Origin: an uncultured Thermoleophilia bacterium
Lineage (GTDB): Bacteria > Actinomycetota > Thermoleophilia > RBG-16-64-13
DNA length: 64,000 nucleotides
Direction of reading: 5' to 3'
NCBI GenBank assembly: GCA_963772095.1
Contig: CAVYVU010000017.1
Span: 162,201-226,200 of the forward strand
The notes under the pieces were generated by a model, which did no database searches, was not told where the DNA came from, and saw only the letters and a program-made list of their open reading frames with translations. A program made the translations under genes and the position numbers. The stretch's first letter is position 1; the number at the start of each line of letters is the position of its first letter. Of this stretch, positions 30,022 to 39,568 are shown one piece after another.

Positions 30022-30039
30022 AGAAGGGGGCAATCTTCC

Positions 30040-30973
30040 ATGTCAAGCGTCGAAATCAGGCAGCAGATCTACAGCTATACGTTCAATCCATATCTGGAAC
30101 CTGTAGCAAAGATCAGGCCGGGTGAGAGGATCATAATCCATACGGAGGACGCCTTCGGAGGTGGGATCAAGTCGGAAACCGATCTTCCGAGCAGGGCACT
30201 GGGCCCCAGCCTGAACCCGCTGACAGGCCCGATCTTTGTGGAGGGAGCGGAACCGGGCGATACGCTTTCTGTACACATCGAAAGCATCGAACCGGCCAGG
30301 GACTTTGCCGTCAGTTGTTTCGTCGATTATTTCGGGGGTCTGACGTCAACAAACACCACTCGAATGCTGCAGGAGCCTATTCCTGAAAGAACGTGGATAT
30401 GGTCCCTGGAAACAGGAGCAGAAGGAAGAGTACCTGGTGAACAAGGACATCAGAGTGAAGGTTCCGTGGAAACCATTCATGGGCAGTCTTGGAGTGGCTC
30501 CGTGGCCTGAGGCGATCTCCTCCCTTACCGGAGGGCCCTTCGGAGGGAACATGGATTGTCCGGACGTGAGGCCTCTCAACACTATCCAGCTGCCTGTTTA
30601 TAAGGAAGGTGCGCTTTTCTACGTTGGAGACTGCCATGCCAACCAAGGTCAAGGGGAGGTGTGCGGCGTTGCCCTTGAGATTCCTTGCACGCTTTCGGTG
30701 GTGTTTGAGGTCATTAAGGACAGGAGGATCCAGTGGCCGCGCATCATATCGGATGAAGTCATCATGGTCGTGGCCAGTGCCCGGCCCATGGAGGATTCCG
30801 CTCGAATAGCCTACGCGGAGCTTGCACTCTGGATGGAAGAAGGATTTGGTTTTACGCGCTGGGAAGCTTATGAATTGCTGACTCAAGTGGGAGGTCTCTA
30901 TGTCGGCAACATGGTTGACCCTGCCTACTCCCTTGTGGCCTCGATCAGCAAACAGTATTTGACGCGAGACTAG
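30040..30973 (+). pseudogene. Acetamidase/formamidase family protein with one frameshift (near the A-run at 30410-30412)
   Basis: ORFs 30040..30510 and 30437..30973 join as ...ERTWIWSLE|KQEQKEEYLVNKDIRVKVPWKPFMGSLGVAP... FmdA/AmdA-like motifs are present (NPLTGPIFVEGAEPGD, GGNMD, GDCHANQGQGEV). Confidence 0.75.
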
Positions 30974-31213
30974 GACACAGGCGTCGATCGCCGCCTGAAT
31001 GCCGCGGCCATGTTTGTCGGCGCCGCTACGCCCCTTCGGCCGATCTCGCGCCGGTGGGACATCGGGTTCCGTTCGATCTTCACTGAAGAAGGGGAAGCGC
31101 TTTACCTTCGTGATCGAATCCGGCTTCGCTCGAGTCGATACCGAGAATATTGCCCTCCGTATCCTTGAACCACGCAGCCATGGTGCCTTCTACCAGGTGG
31201 GTGCCCTTGTTGT

Positions 31214-32056
31214 TTACAACCGTGCCCCGGGCGACATCCCAAGGACCGGGAACACCGAGGAGTCTCTTACCTCGCCGAAGAAATCGCGGAGTTTCTGAAG
31301 CGCCGATCCCAGATCGTTGCTTTTAGCCACAATGTCGACCAGCGCGCTGCCGATTATCACACCGTCGGCGTAGGAAGCCACTTCAGCCACCTGTTGGGCG
31401 GTTGACAGTCCGAACCCCACTGCCAAGGGAAGAACGGTGTGGCTTCGCAGACGGGCGATGAAGGCCGGTAGGTCGGACCGCAACGTCGCCCGCGCCCCCG
31501 TAACTCCAGTCGTCGAAACGCAGTAGATGAAGCCGGAGGCCACGGCGGCAATGCGAGCCAACCTGGCGTCTGTGCTCGTAGGGGCGGCGAGCAAGATCAC
31601 GTCGACCTCTTGCGCGCGAGCGATCCTCTGCAGCTCCGAAGCTTCCTCCACCGGAAGATCAGGCACCACGACTCCCAGGACTCCCTTCTGCCGGCAGCGC
31701 TCGAAGAAGCGCTCGCCGCCAAAGGCGAGAATGGTATTGAGGTAGCTGAGCAGAACCACCCGCGCTCCCTCCTCGGCGGCATGTCCGGCCAGATCGAGCA
31801 CGTCTTTCGGCCGCACCCCCTGCCGCAGGGCTACCTGAGAAGCGGCCTGGATTACCGGACCATCGGCCAGCGGATCGGAAAAAGGTATCCCCAACTCCAC
31901 CAGACCAGCGCCGCTCTCGCGGTACGTCCGCACGATCTCGAGACAGGACCGCGGGTCGGGATAACCTCCCACCGCATAGGGCATGAGAAGCGGCCGCCCC
32001 CCTTCGCGAAAGACCTGAGAAAGCGTAGAGTCCCCCTCTTGTTTGACGGGAATCAT
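31214..32056 (-). CDS. trpA: Tryptophan synthase alpha chain
   Basis: LMPYAVGGYPD...VELGIPFSDPLADGPVIQ...GFIYCVSTTGVTG. Confidence 0.9.
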   Translation of the reverse strand: MIPVKQEGDSTLSQVFREGGRPLLMPYAVGGYPDPRSCLEIVRTYRESGAGLVELGIPFSDPLADGPVIQAASQVALRQGVRPKDVLDLAGHAAEEGARVVLLSYLNTILAFGGERFFERCRQKGVLGVVVPDLPVEEASELQRIARAQEVDVILLAAPTSTDARLARIAAVASGFIYCVSTTGVTGARATLRSDLPAFIARLRSHTVLPLAVGFGLSTAQQVAEVASYADGVIIGSALVDIVAKSNDLGSALQKLRDFFGEVRDSSVFPVLGMSPGARL

Positions 32057-33231
32057 TACTTCACCCCCAGCCGTTCAGCCACGCTGTAGACATCCTTGTC
32101 GCCGCGTCCCGACAGATTGAGCACGACCAAGTCCGCGGGCGAGAAGCCATGTTCGTGATCCAGGAGATAAGCGATAGCGTGCGCGCTCTCGAGGGCTGGG
32201 ATGATGCCTTCCAAACGAGAGAGGGTCTGGAAGGCGGCCAAGGCCTCGTCATCGACTACGCTGGTGTATTCAACGCGGCCCGAGTCTCTGAGGTAGGCAT
32301 GCTCCGGGCCCACCGAAGGATAGTCCAGCCCCGCGGCAATCGAGTGGGCCTCTTGGATCTGACCGTCCTCGTCCTGCAAAACTGAAGAGAACGAGCCATG
32401 CAAGATGCCGCCCGTTCCCCGGGCCAGGGACGCACCATGCTTTCCGGAATCGAGCCCGAATCCCGCTGCCTCCACTCCCACCAGACGCACCTCTTGATCG
32501 CCCAGGAACTCGTGGAAGATGCCGATGGCGTTGCTGCCGCCGCCCACGCAAGCTACGATGCCGTCAGGCAGGCGTCCCTCTTTCGCTAGAATCTGTCCTC
32601 GTGTCTCTCGTCCGATCACCGCCTGGAAGTCGCGCACCATGCGCGGATAGGGCGCGGGGCCGACCACCGAACCGATGATGTAGTGGGTAGTCTCGACATT
32701 CGCCACCCAGTCGCGGATCGCTTCATTGGTGGCATCTTTGAGAGTCCCGCAACCCGAGGTGACGGGGAGAACTTGAGCGCCCAGGAGTTTCATGCGAAAT
32801 ACGTTGAGCTCCTGCCGCCGAATATCTTCCTCGCCCATGTAGACGTGGCACTCGAGCCCGAAGAGCGCAGCCACCGTCGCCGTGGCTACCCCGTGCTGCC
32901 CCGCGCCCGTCTCGGCGATGATCCTCTTCTTGCCCATGCGGTCGGCCAGGAGGATCTGGCCGAGGGTGTTGTTGATCTTGTGGGCGCCTGTGTGAGCCAA
33001 GTCCTCCCGCTTCAAATACACCCGGCAACCCACGCGTGCCGACAGCCGTTTGGCCATGAAGAGCGGCGTCGGCCGGCCGGCGTAGTCGACCGCAAGTTCG
33101 CCCAATTCGCTCACGAACTCCGGATCGTCTTTATACCTGTCGTATGCCTCCTCCAGCTCCTCCAAGGCTGAGACCACAGTCTCGGGCACGTAGCGGCCCC
33201 CGTACGGACCGAATCTCCGCGAATCAATCAC
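32056..33231 (-). CDS. trpB: Tryptophan synthase beta chain
   Basis: [11 protein letters not shown]..., [24 protein letters not shown]. 1-nt overlap with the trpA start. Confidence 0.95.
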   Translation of the reverse strand: MIDSRRFGPYGGRYVPETVVSALEELEEAYDRYKDDPEFVSELGELAVDYAGRPTPLFMAKRLSARVGCRVYLKREDLAHTGAHKINNTLGQILLADRMGKKRIIAETGAGQHGVATATVAALFGLECHVYMGEEDIRRQELNVFRMKLLGAQVLPVTSGCGTLKDATNEAIRDWVANVETTHYIIGSVVGPAPYPRMVRDFQAVIGRETRGQILAKEGRLPDGIVACVGGGSNAIGIFHEFLGDQEVRLVGVEAAGFGLDSGKHGASLARGTGGILHGSFSSVLQDEDGQIQEAHSIAAGLDYPSVGPEHAYLRDSGRVEYTSVVDDEALAAFQTLSRLEGIIPALESAHAIAYLLDHEHGFSPADLVVLNLSGRGDKDVYSVAERLGVK

Positions 33232-34069
33232 GTTCAGATTCCTCCCGCTCGTTTGTCTGACCCATCAACTCGGTCATGAGCCGGCCGTCTTTGACGCCCG
33301 GGCTCACTTCTATGCGACTGGACACGTCAACACCCCAGGCGCCCGACTCCCGCAGTGCAGCGCGGACGTTCTCGGGGCCGATCCCTCCGGCCACGAGAAA
33401 ACGGGTCTGCCCCAGGGCATCGGACGCAAGCCCCCAACGAAAGGCGGCCCCTGTCCCTCCAAAACGCCCGGCCACGCGGGTGTCCAGGAGAACCAGGTCG
33501 GCGTCCCCTGCTGCAGCCGCGACCGCGAGGCGGAGCGATTCAGGGTCCTCGTCCTCCGACGCTACGGCAACGGCCTGGATCACCAACACCGGAACGCACC
33601 GCCCGCCTGGCTGCGGCCGGGGCTGCCCCGCGCGCACCAACGCCTGCCTGACCTCGGCGACCCGCGGCCCGCGAGACCCGTGCAATTGAACCGCGTCGAG
33701 ACCAACCAGCCGAGCGATGCGGGCGATCTCCGCGGCTGAACAGTCTCCGAACACCCCTACCGTCAATGGTCGCGATAGGCGGTGGTCTTCGCGCGCCGAA
33801 TCAGCGGTCGCCGCTCCGCTGAGGGCTGCATCGCCACTCACCCCCTCCCTGGCCTCCCGCAGCAGCTCGCGTGCCTGCTCGACCGTCACACGCCGCGGGC
33901 TGGGCGCAAACACGAAACCCACAGCCCACGCACGCAGTCGATACGCCAACCGGACATCTTCTGGGCGAGTGAGCCCGCATATCTTCACGACCGGACCGGG
34001 CGGAAACGCCAAACGCGGCGCGGACCCGCTTTCCCTTGACGAAACCACGCGATTTCTTGTTGAACTCAT
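33224..34069 (-). CDS. trpF: Phosphoribosylanthranilate isomerase
   Basis: [12 protein letters not shown]...AVGFVF...[10 protein letters not shown]. Overlaps both trpC and trpB. Confidence 0.85.
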   Translation of the reverse strand: MSSTRNRVVSSRESGSAPRLAFPPGPVVKICGLTRPEDVRLAYRLRAWAVGFVFAPSPRRVTVEQARELLREAREGVSGDAALSGAATADSAREDHRLSRPLTVGVFGDCSAAEIARIARLVGLDAVQLHGSRGPRVAEVRQALVRAGQPRPQPGGRCVPVLVIQAVAVASEDEDPESLRLAVAAAAGDADLVLLDTRVAGRFGGTGAAFRWGLASDALGQTRFLVAGGIGPENVRAALRESGAWGVDVSSRIEVSPGVKDGRLMTELMGQTNEREESERD

Positions 34070-34917
34070 GGCACGCTCACGCCCGTCCCTTTGTGGCCTG
34101 GCGCGCGGTTGCCGGTCGCTGCACTCCCGGGGGGAATGAGTTCTCGGATGGCCTTCTCGATATCGGAGCTGCGCAAGAGACTTTCACCCACCAGCAATCC
34201 GTCGACCCCAACGGCCTCCAGTCTCATTACATCATCATGAGTCCAGATGCCGCTCTCTCCCACGACCAGGCGGTCGGAGGGGACACGAGGGACAAGCCGT
34301 TCGGTTGTCGCGAGTGACACCTCGAAGGTGTGGAGGTCACGGTTGTTGATGCCAATGACGGCACGCTCGACGCGCAGGGCCCGATCCAATTCAGCCGCGT
34401 CGTGCACTTCGAGCAACACCTCGAGTCCCAGGTGGGCGGCAAGATCAGCCATACTCGCAAGTTGCTCGTCAGTGAGAAGCGCGGCAATGAGCAGGACGGC
34501 GGACGCCCCATAGACCCTGGCCTCGTGGATCTGATATTCATCCAGCACGAAATCCTTGCAAAGGACTGGGAGGCTTGATGCCGAAACGGCGGCGCGCAGG
34601 TCCTCGAGGTTGCCGAGGAAATGATCCTGCTCGGTGAGCACTGAAACCGCTCTGGCCCCCGCCCGCTCGTACTTCCCCACCAGGGACTGAACATCCAGAT
34701 CGGGCCGGATCATCCCCTTGCTGGGCGACGCCCGCTTCACTTCGGCGATGAGCGAGACACCTCGCACACCAACGGCCGCTGCAAAGGAGGGGCGCGGTCC
34801 CGGCCCAGGCATGCTTTCAAGTTCCGCCTGCGAAAGCGACCGCCTGCGTTCATCCAATCGCTGCCACACGAAGGGAATGATGCGATCGAGATAGGTAGGG
34901 CCAGCTCCGGAGGTCAT
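34066..34917 (-). CDS. trpC: Indole-3-glycerol phosphate synthase
   Basis: LIAEVKRASPSKG..., LCKDFVLDEYQI, IGINNRDL, ESGI. Confidence 0.9.
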   Translation of the reverse strand: MTSGAGPTYLDRIIPFVWQRLDERRRSLSQAELESMPGPGPRPSFAAAVGVRGVSLIAEVKRASPSKGMIRPDLDVQSLVGKYERAGARAVSVLTEQDHFLGNLEDLRAAVSASSLPVLCKDFVLDEYQIHEARVYGASAVLLIAALLTDEQLASMADLAAHLGLEVLLEVHDAAELDRALRVERAVIGINNRDLHTFEVSLATTERLVPRVPSDRLVVGESGIWTHDDVMRLEAVGVDGLLVGESLLRSSDIEKAIRELIPPGSAATGNRAPGHKGTGVSVP

Positions 34918-35957
34918 GACCGTCTCCTCACGAGTTCATCGGTGAAACTCACCATCGCCCGCAACCTGAGCGCCGCCCGGCCCGAATCGATCGACTCGCG
35001 GGCCTGCGCGACTCCTTGCTGGAGCGAGGCCGCCACCCCCGCCACATAGAGAGCGGCCGCCGCGTTTAGCAATACAACATCACGCCGGGGTCCGGCGACG
35101 CCCGCCAACACCTCCCGGGTCACGGCAGCATTTTCCTGAGGACCTCCGCCGGCTAGGGCAGAAATCTCCCGGCGGGCGATCCCCAGGCCCTCCGGCTCGA
35201 TCTGATAGGAGTCCCAGACCTGGTTGCCTACCACTTCCACAACCGTGCTCGAGCCACTGATGGAGAGCTCATCCAGGCCTTCGTCGCCATGCACCAGGAG
35301 AGCGCGTTCGCACCCAAGGCAAGCGAGTGCCTGAGCCAGCAACCCGAGATACTCCCCCGCGCCTACCCCCAAGAGCTGGCGGCGAGCGCCCGCCGGGTTG
35401 GTGAGCGGTCCCAAGAAGTTGAACACGGTGCGAATGCCCAATGCCCCGCGCACGCCCGCCACTTGAGCCGCCGCGGGATGATGCAGTCGAGCCAGCATGA
35501 AGCCAATGCCTATCTCATCGATGCACGCGGCCACTTCTTCCGGACGGAGGTCGATCCGAACTCCCAGAGCTTCGAGCACATCGGCCGAACCGCACCGGGA
35601 ACTCGCCGCGCGGTTACCGTGTTTGGCGACTTTGACGCCCGCTCCCGCCACAACAAAGGCCGCCGTGGTCGAGATGTTGAAAGTACCGAGGCCGTCACCG
35701 CCGGTACCGACCACGTCCACCAGGCTGGCGGGATCTGCCGCGAACACCGGTACCGCGTGCCGCCGCATGGCGGCCGCCAGGCCTGCTATCTCGTCCGCGG
35801 TTTCTCCTTTGGTCCGCAACCCCATGAGAAATGCCGCCGCCTGAGCTTCACCGGCCCGTCCGTCCATTATCTCCTCGAGAGCAGAAGCCGCCTCCGGCCG
35901 GCTGAGGTCCCGGCGGAGCGCGAGGCGTTCAAGGATATCGGTGAAGGCCTGACTCAT
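34914..35957 (-). CDS. trpD: Anthranilate phosphoribosyltransferase
   Basis: Starts MSQAFTDILERL... with an ATGA overlap onto the trpG stop. Motifs: VGTGGDG.GTFNIST, KHGNRA.SS. The 130-aa upstream extension in the ORF track overlaps trpG and was rejected. Confidence 0.9.
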   Translation of the reverse strand: MSQAFTDILERLALRRDLSRPEAASALEEIMDGRAGEAQAAAFLMGLRTKGETADEIAGLAAAMRRHAVPVFAADPASLVDVVGTGGDGLGTFNISTTAAFVVAGAGVKVAKHGNRAASSRCGSADVLEALGVRIDLRPEEVAACIDEIGIGFMLARLHHPAAAQVAGVRGALGIRTVFNFLGPLTNPAGARRQLLGVGAGEYLGLLAQALACLGCERALLVHGDEGLDELSISGSSTVVEVVGNQVWDSYQIEPEGLGIARREISALAGGGPQENAAVTREVLAGVAGPRRDVVLLNAAAALYVAGVAASLQQGVAQARESIDSGRAALRLRAMVSFTDELVRRRS

Positions 35958-36655
35958 GGCGCCATTGCGGCCGACACCGGATCTTCCCAGCGGGCAGCCC
36001 GGCGAGACAGGAAACTGTGCAACATGTCCTTGCCCACCAGCGTCATCAGACTTTCCGGGTGAAACTGCACGCCTTCCACCGCGAACTCGCGATGGCGCAC
36101 GGCCATGACCACCCCGTCCTCGGTCCAGGCCGAACGCTGCAAGACCGGCGGCAGCTGGGGATCTAGGACCAAGGAGTGATACCGGGTGGCTACGAACGGA
36201 AGAGGCAATCCGGCAAAGAGGGTCCGCCCGTCGTGATGAATGAGGGAAGTCTTGCCGTGAACCGGCGCCTCGCCCCGGACAACCAGGCCCCCGTAGACCT
36301 GTCCGATCGCCTGGTGCCCCAGACAGACCCCGAGAAGAGGGCATTCGCCTCCCAAGGCTCGAATCGCTGCCAGGCTGATCCCGGCCTCATCGGGCGTGCA
36401 TGGGCCCGGCGATATGACCACGTGGGTGGGCCGCTCTTCTCGAATGCCGGCCACCGAGATCTTATCGTTGCGAAAAACCCGTATCTCCGCACCCGATATC
36501 TCCGCCAGGTACTGCACCAGGTTGTAGGTGAAGGAGTCATAGTTATCCACCACCAGGATGCGCAGGTCGCTCAGCCCCGGCACTGGAAAGCACGAATTTC
36601 TAGCCAGATCAAAGCCTGGCGTGGGCTCAGATCTTTCGCCTGCGGTCGTAGTCAT
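35954..36655 (-). CDS. trpG: Anthranilate synthase component II (glutamine amidotransferase)
   Basis: ILVVDNYDSFTYNLVQYL, PLLGVCLGHQ, GVQFHPES. Confidence 0.9.
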   Translation of the reverse strand: MTTTAGERSEPTPGFDLARNSCFPVPGLSDLRILVVDNYDSFTYNLVQYLAEISGAEIRVFRNDKISVAGIREERPTHVVISPGPCTPDEAGISLAAIRALGGECPLLGVCLGHQAIGQVYGGLVVRGEAPVHGKTSLIHHDGRTLFAGLPLPFVATRYHSLVLDPQLPPVLQRSAWTEDGVVMAVRHREFAVEGVQFHPESLMTLVGKDMLHSFLSRRAARWEDPVSAAMAP

Positions 36656-36658
36656 GAC

Positions 36659-38179
36659 TCACTCCCAATCCTCTTGAGTGGCGGCCAGTTCGATGGCCCG
36701 AAACATCGCTTCGGCCTTGTTCTCGGTCTCGACAAACTCGCGCTCCGGGTCGGAGTCGGCGACGATACCCGCTCCCGCCTGCACATAGGCGCGGCCATCT
36801 CGCACCAGGATCGTGCGGATGTATATGCAGGTGTCGAGCTCGCCCGAGTAGCTCAGATAGCCGACGGCTCCGGCGTATGGCCCGCGCCGGGCAGGCTCCA
36901 ACTCGTCGATGATCTGCATGGCTCGCACCTTCGGGGCCCCGGAAACCGTTCCCGCTGGAAATACGGCACGGAGAACATCCACGGCTTCGACCCCCTCGTC
37001 CAACTCACCGGCCACTGAGGACACCATGTGCATCACATGGCTGTAGCGTTCCACGGTCATGAACTCATCCACTCGCATCGTCCCCGGGCGGCAGACCCGC
37101 CCCAGATCGTTGCGTCCCAGATCGACGAGCATAAGGTGTTCCGCCTTCTCTTTCTCGTCGGCAAGGAGTTCTTCAGCCAAGGCTGCGTCCTCGGAAAAGG
37201 TGGCCCCGCGAGGCCGGGTACCAGCGATGGGCCGAGTCTCAGCCTTGTCGCCCGTCACGGTGACGAGCGGTTCGGGGCTTGATCCCACCAGCTCGAAGTC
37301 TCGAAACGACATGTAATACATATACGGACTGGGATTGACCGTGCGCAGCCCCCGGTAGATGGAAAAACCGCTCATGTTGACCGGACGCTCAAAGCGCTGC
37401 GAAAGCACCACCTGAAAGGCGTCGCCGGCGAGAATGTACTCGCGCACCCGCTCCACTCCGGCAAGGAAGCGCTCTTTCTCGAAGTTGGAGGTTACCGGCG
37501 CATCCACAGCCCGCGTGCGGCCAAGGCTCCAGCCCGGCTCAGGAATCGGGGCGCGCAGTCGGGTCTTCACCTCCACCAGGCGCTCGGTGGCTGCACGGTA
37601 GGCCACGTCGAAGTCCGGCTCTTCGTCACAAAAGATGTTGGTGAGCAGAGTGATCCTATGTTGCAGATGGTCGAAAACCACGACCACATCCGTCAGCAGG
37701 AACGCCATGTCGGGTAGGCCCATGTCGTCTGGCGGGGAGTCCGGCAGGTGCTCAACGTGCCGCACGCAGTCGTAACCGAAGTACCCCACCGCCCCTCCCA
37801 CGAAAGGCGGCAAGTCCTTGAGCGGCGGCACCCGATAGCGGCCAAGATGAGCAGCCACGAAAGCGAAGGGGTCCTTGCCCGAGTCGGCAAGATCGTAGTG
37901 ATCGTCTACCCCAGCTCGACGTACCGTCATGGTGCTGCCAAAGAGGCGGATACTTTCCCACGCCTTGATGCCCAGGAACGAGTACCGGCCGACACGGAGG
38001 CCTTGCTCCGCGCTCTCCAGTAAGAAGCATCCGGCCGGCTGCCGCAGCTTCAGAAACGCCGATACTGGAGTCTCGGTGTCGTCCAAGAACTGGTGGACAA
38101 CCGGAATGACGTTATAGCTTGCGCTCAGGCCCCGCGCCTCTTCAATTGAAGGCGCAGTGGCGATGCTGCCGGATGTCAT
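36659..38179 (-). CDS. trpE: Anthranilate synthase component I
   Basis: Chorismate-binding signature: ..AGDAFQVVLSQRF.., PSPYMYY, GAPKVRAMQIIDELE..RGPYAGAVGY. Confidence 0.95.
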   Translation of the reverse strand: MTSGSIATAPSIEEARGLSASYNVIPVVHQFLDDTETPVSAFLKLRQPAGCFLLESAEQGLRVGRYSFLGIKAWESIRLFGSTMTVRRAGVDDHYDLADSGKDPFAFVAAHLGRYRVPPLKDLPPFVGGAVGYFGYDCVRHVEHLPDSPPDDMGLPDMAFLLTDVVVVFDHLQHRITLLTNIFCDEEPDFDVAYRAATERLVEVKTRLRAPIPEPGWSLGRTRAVDAPVTSNFEKERFLAGVERVREYILAGDAFQVVLSQRFERPVNMSGFSIYRGLRTVNPSPYMYYMSFRDFELVGSSPEPLVTVTGDKAETRPIAGTRPRGATFSEDAALAEELLADEKEKAEHLMLVDLGRNDLGRVCRPGTMRVDEFMTVERYSHVMHMVSSVAGELDEGVEAVDVLRAVFPAGTVSGAPKVRAMQIIDELEPARRGPYAGAVGYLSYSGELDTCIYIRTILVRDGRAYVQAGAGIVADSDPEREFVETENKAEAMFRAIELAATQEDWE

Positions 38180-38875
38180 GGCCGCCTACCTCTTTCGGCA
38201 GGCGAGAAAAGCGGGCCGCTCTCCGGTTGGGGAACCGAGCCATCGGCCGTCCAAGCAGGTGTTCGACTTCAAGGTGTTCTTCGGGAACCCGGGGTTCATG
38301 CACGCGAGCATGAGTGGGACCGCCGCGTCCCGGTCTTGTGCGACGCGGGACGCCAGCCCATGAAAGTCGGATTTCAGCAAAGACGGGTCGGAAAGACCAG
38401 GCGCGCATACGGCGCTGTGTGTATTCTCACGCGGTCTAGTATTCACGGCTTGCTCCTGCACTTTGTCCCTTTCGTGGTCACTTGCCAGCCAAATGGCGCG
38501 TATTTACGCCGAGAACCAGCCGAAACTTGTCCGTCAACATTCCGGCCGTTGGAGGCGCCCCTCGCGTGTCGCGAGGGGCTAGAACCACAAGAGCTGCCAG
38601 CCGCGAAAAGAATCGAGAACGTGCCGACGATGGGTGCACGGAGCCAGGACGGAGAAAGACACCTTTGACGTGCCGTTCGCATTTCTCCTGTCCTTGCTTC
38701 CTCATTACCGTAGCTCTCCCTCAACACTCGTAATCACACCGGCGCCGGGTGCCGAAGAACCCGCCGTATTCGGCAAGTATGATACACGACAATCGCCATG
38801 CGCGACTGGCGATGACCGCCCACGGCACCCCGAGGGGCGCGTTGCCCTTTGGGACGTGCCGCGGAGACACGTGCC

Positions 38876-39292
38876 TCAGGTCGCCTGATTTGCCCGCATT
38901 CGATTGTTCTTGGGATTATGTTCGAGCTCGCAAAGACCGAGCTCTTCCATCAGCGGAGGGATGTAGACGGCGAAGCGCCCGCGGAGCCCCTTCTTCCGGC
39001 CGTACCAACCGCCTATCGGGTTGCTAGGCGAGCGGCCCCAAGCCTCCACGGTCCCTTCCTTGGCGGGCTTCTGCTCATCAGCCCCCCCGAGCTCCACCCA
39101 TCCTCCGGCGGCCTTGAGCATGGCGTCCAGATCGTCGATGCAGCGGGCGTCGTAAAGGAGCACGGTCTTGCCGACTGTGCATACAAGGACGCGCATCCCG
39201 TCCTTCTCATCGACATAGATCGTGTACTCAGCCGTCCCGGGGGGTGTCTTTAGTACCCACGGATCTGCTTTCGTGCGATCGAGCATTGCCAT
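38876..39292 (-). CDS. Conserved hypothetical protein (unnamed family)
   Basis: A clean 138-aa ORF. The motifs ...GTVEAWGRSPSNPIGGWYG...NNRMRA recur in uncharacterised proteins, from my recollection only. Confidence 0.55.
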   Translation of the reverse strand: MAMLDRTKADPWVLKTPPGTAEYTIYVDEKDGMRVLVCTVGKTVLLYDARCIDDLDAMLKAAGGWVELGGADEQKPAKEGTVEAWGRSPSNPIGGWYGRKKGLRGRFAVYIPPLMEELGLCELEHNPKNNRMRANQAT

Positions 39293-39568
39293 GGATCTTC
39301 CTTTCCTCGCGGAACGGGCGGATCAACAGCCGCTCAACGACCAATCCGCGGGTTGGTGCAACCCACGAAGGAAGGAGAGCGGCCAAGAATCAACCGCACA
39401 AAAACACGAGCCCCAAGTGACTCCGCTCGCCTTCTTTTCAGTCGGCCGCGCTATTTCTCTTGGGACTCGCAGATTGATTATGCGCATTGGGCGGGATCTT
39501 CAAACCTTTGTCTGCACGATGGCCGCGTGTTGTTGGCTGCTAGCCGTGCCGGACAAGCCGTGAAGCAG

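Noticed and set aside
31087-31215. VOC/glyoxalase-like C-terminal fragment as a separate feature
   Set aside because: There are only ~45 residues, no start codon, and it partly overlaps the trpA 3' end in another frame. It is mentioned under the decay-island finding but not listed as a feature.
35958-36344. 130-aa N-terminal extension of the trpD ORF in the track
   Set aside because: It overlaps trpG in another frame and is Arg/Gly/Pro-rich. The canonical TrpD start MSQAFTDILERL coincides with an ATGA junction at the trpG stop.
35289-37018. Plus-strand ORFs 35289..36062 and 36176..37018
   Set aside because: Antisense shadows of trpD/trpG/trpE.
38180-38875. T-box riboswitch or classical trp leader peptide upstream of trpE
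   Set aside because: No T-box core sequence and no ORF with tandem Trp codons was found on the minus strand. Only generic hairpins are present. Kept as an open question in the findings, not as a feature.
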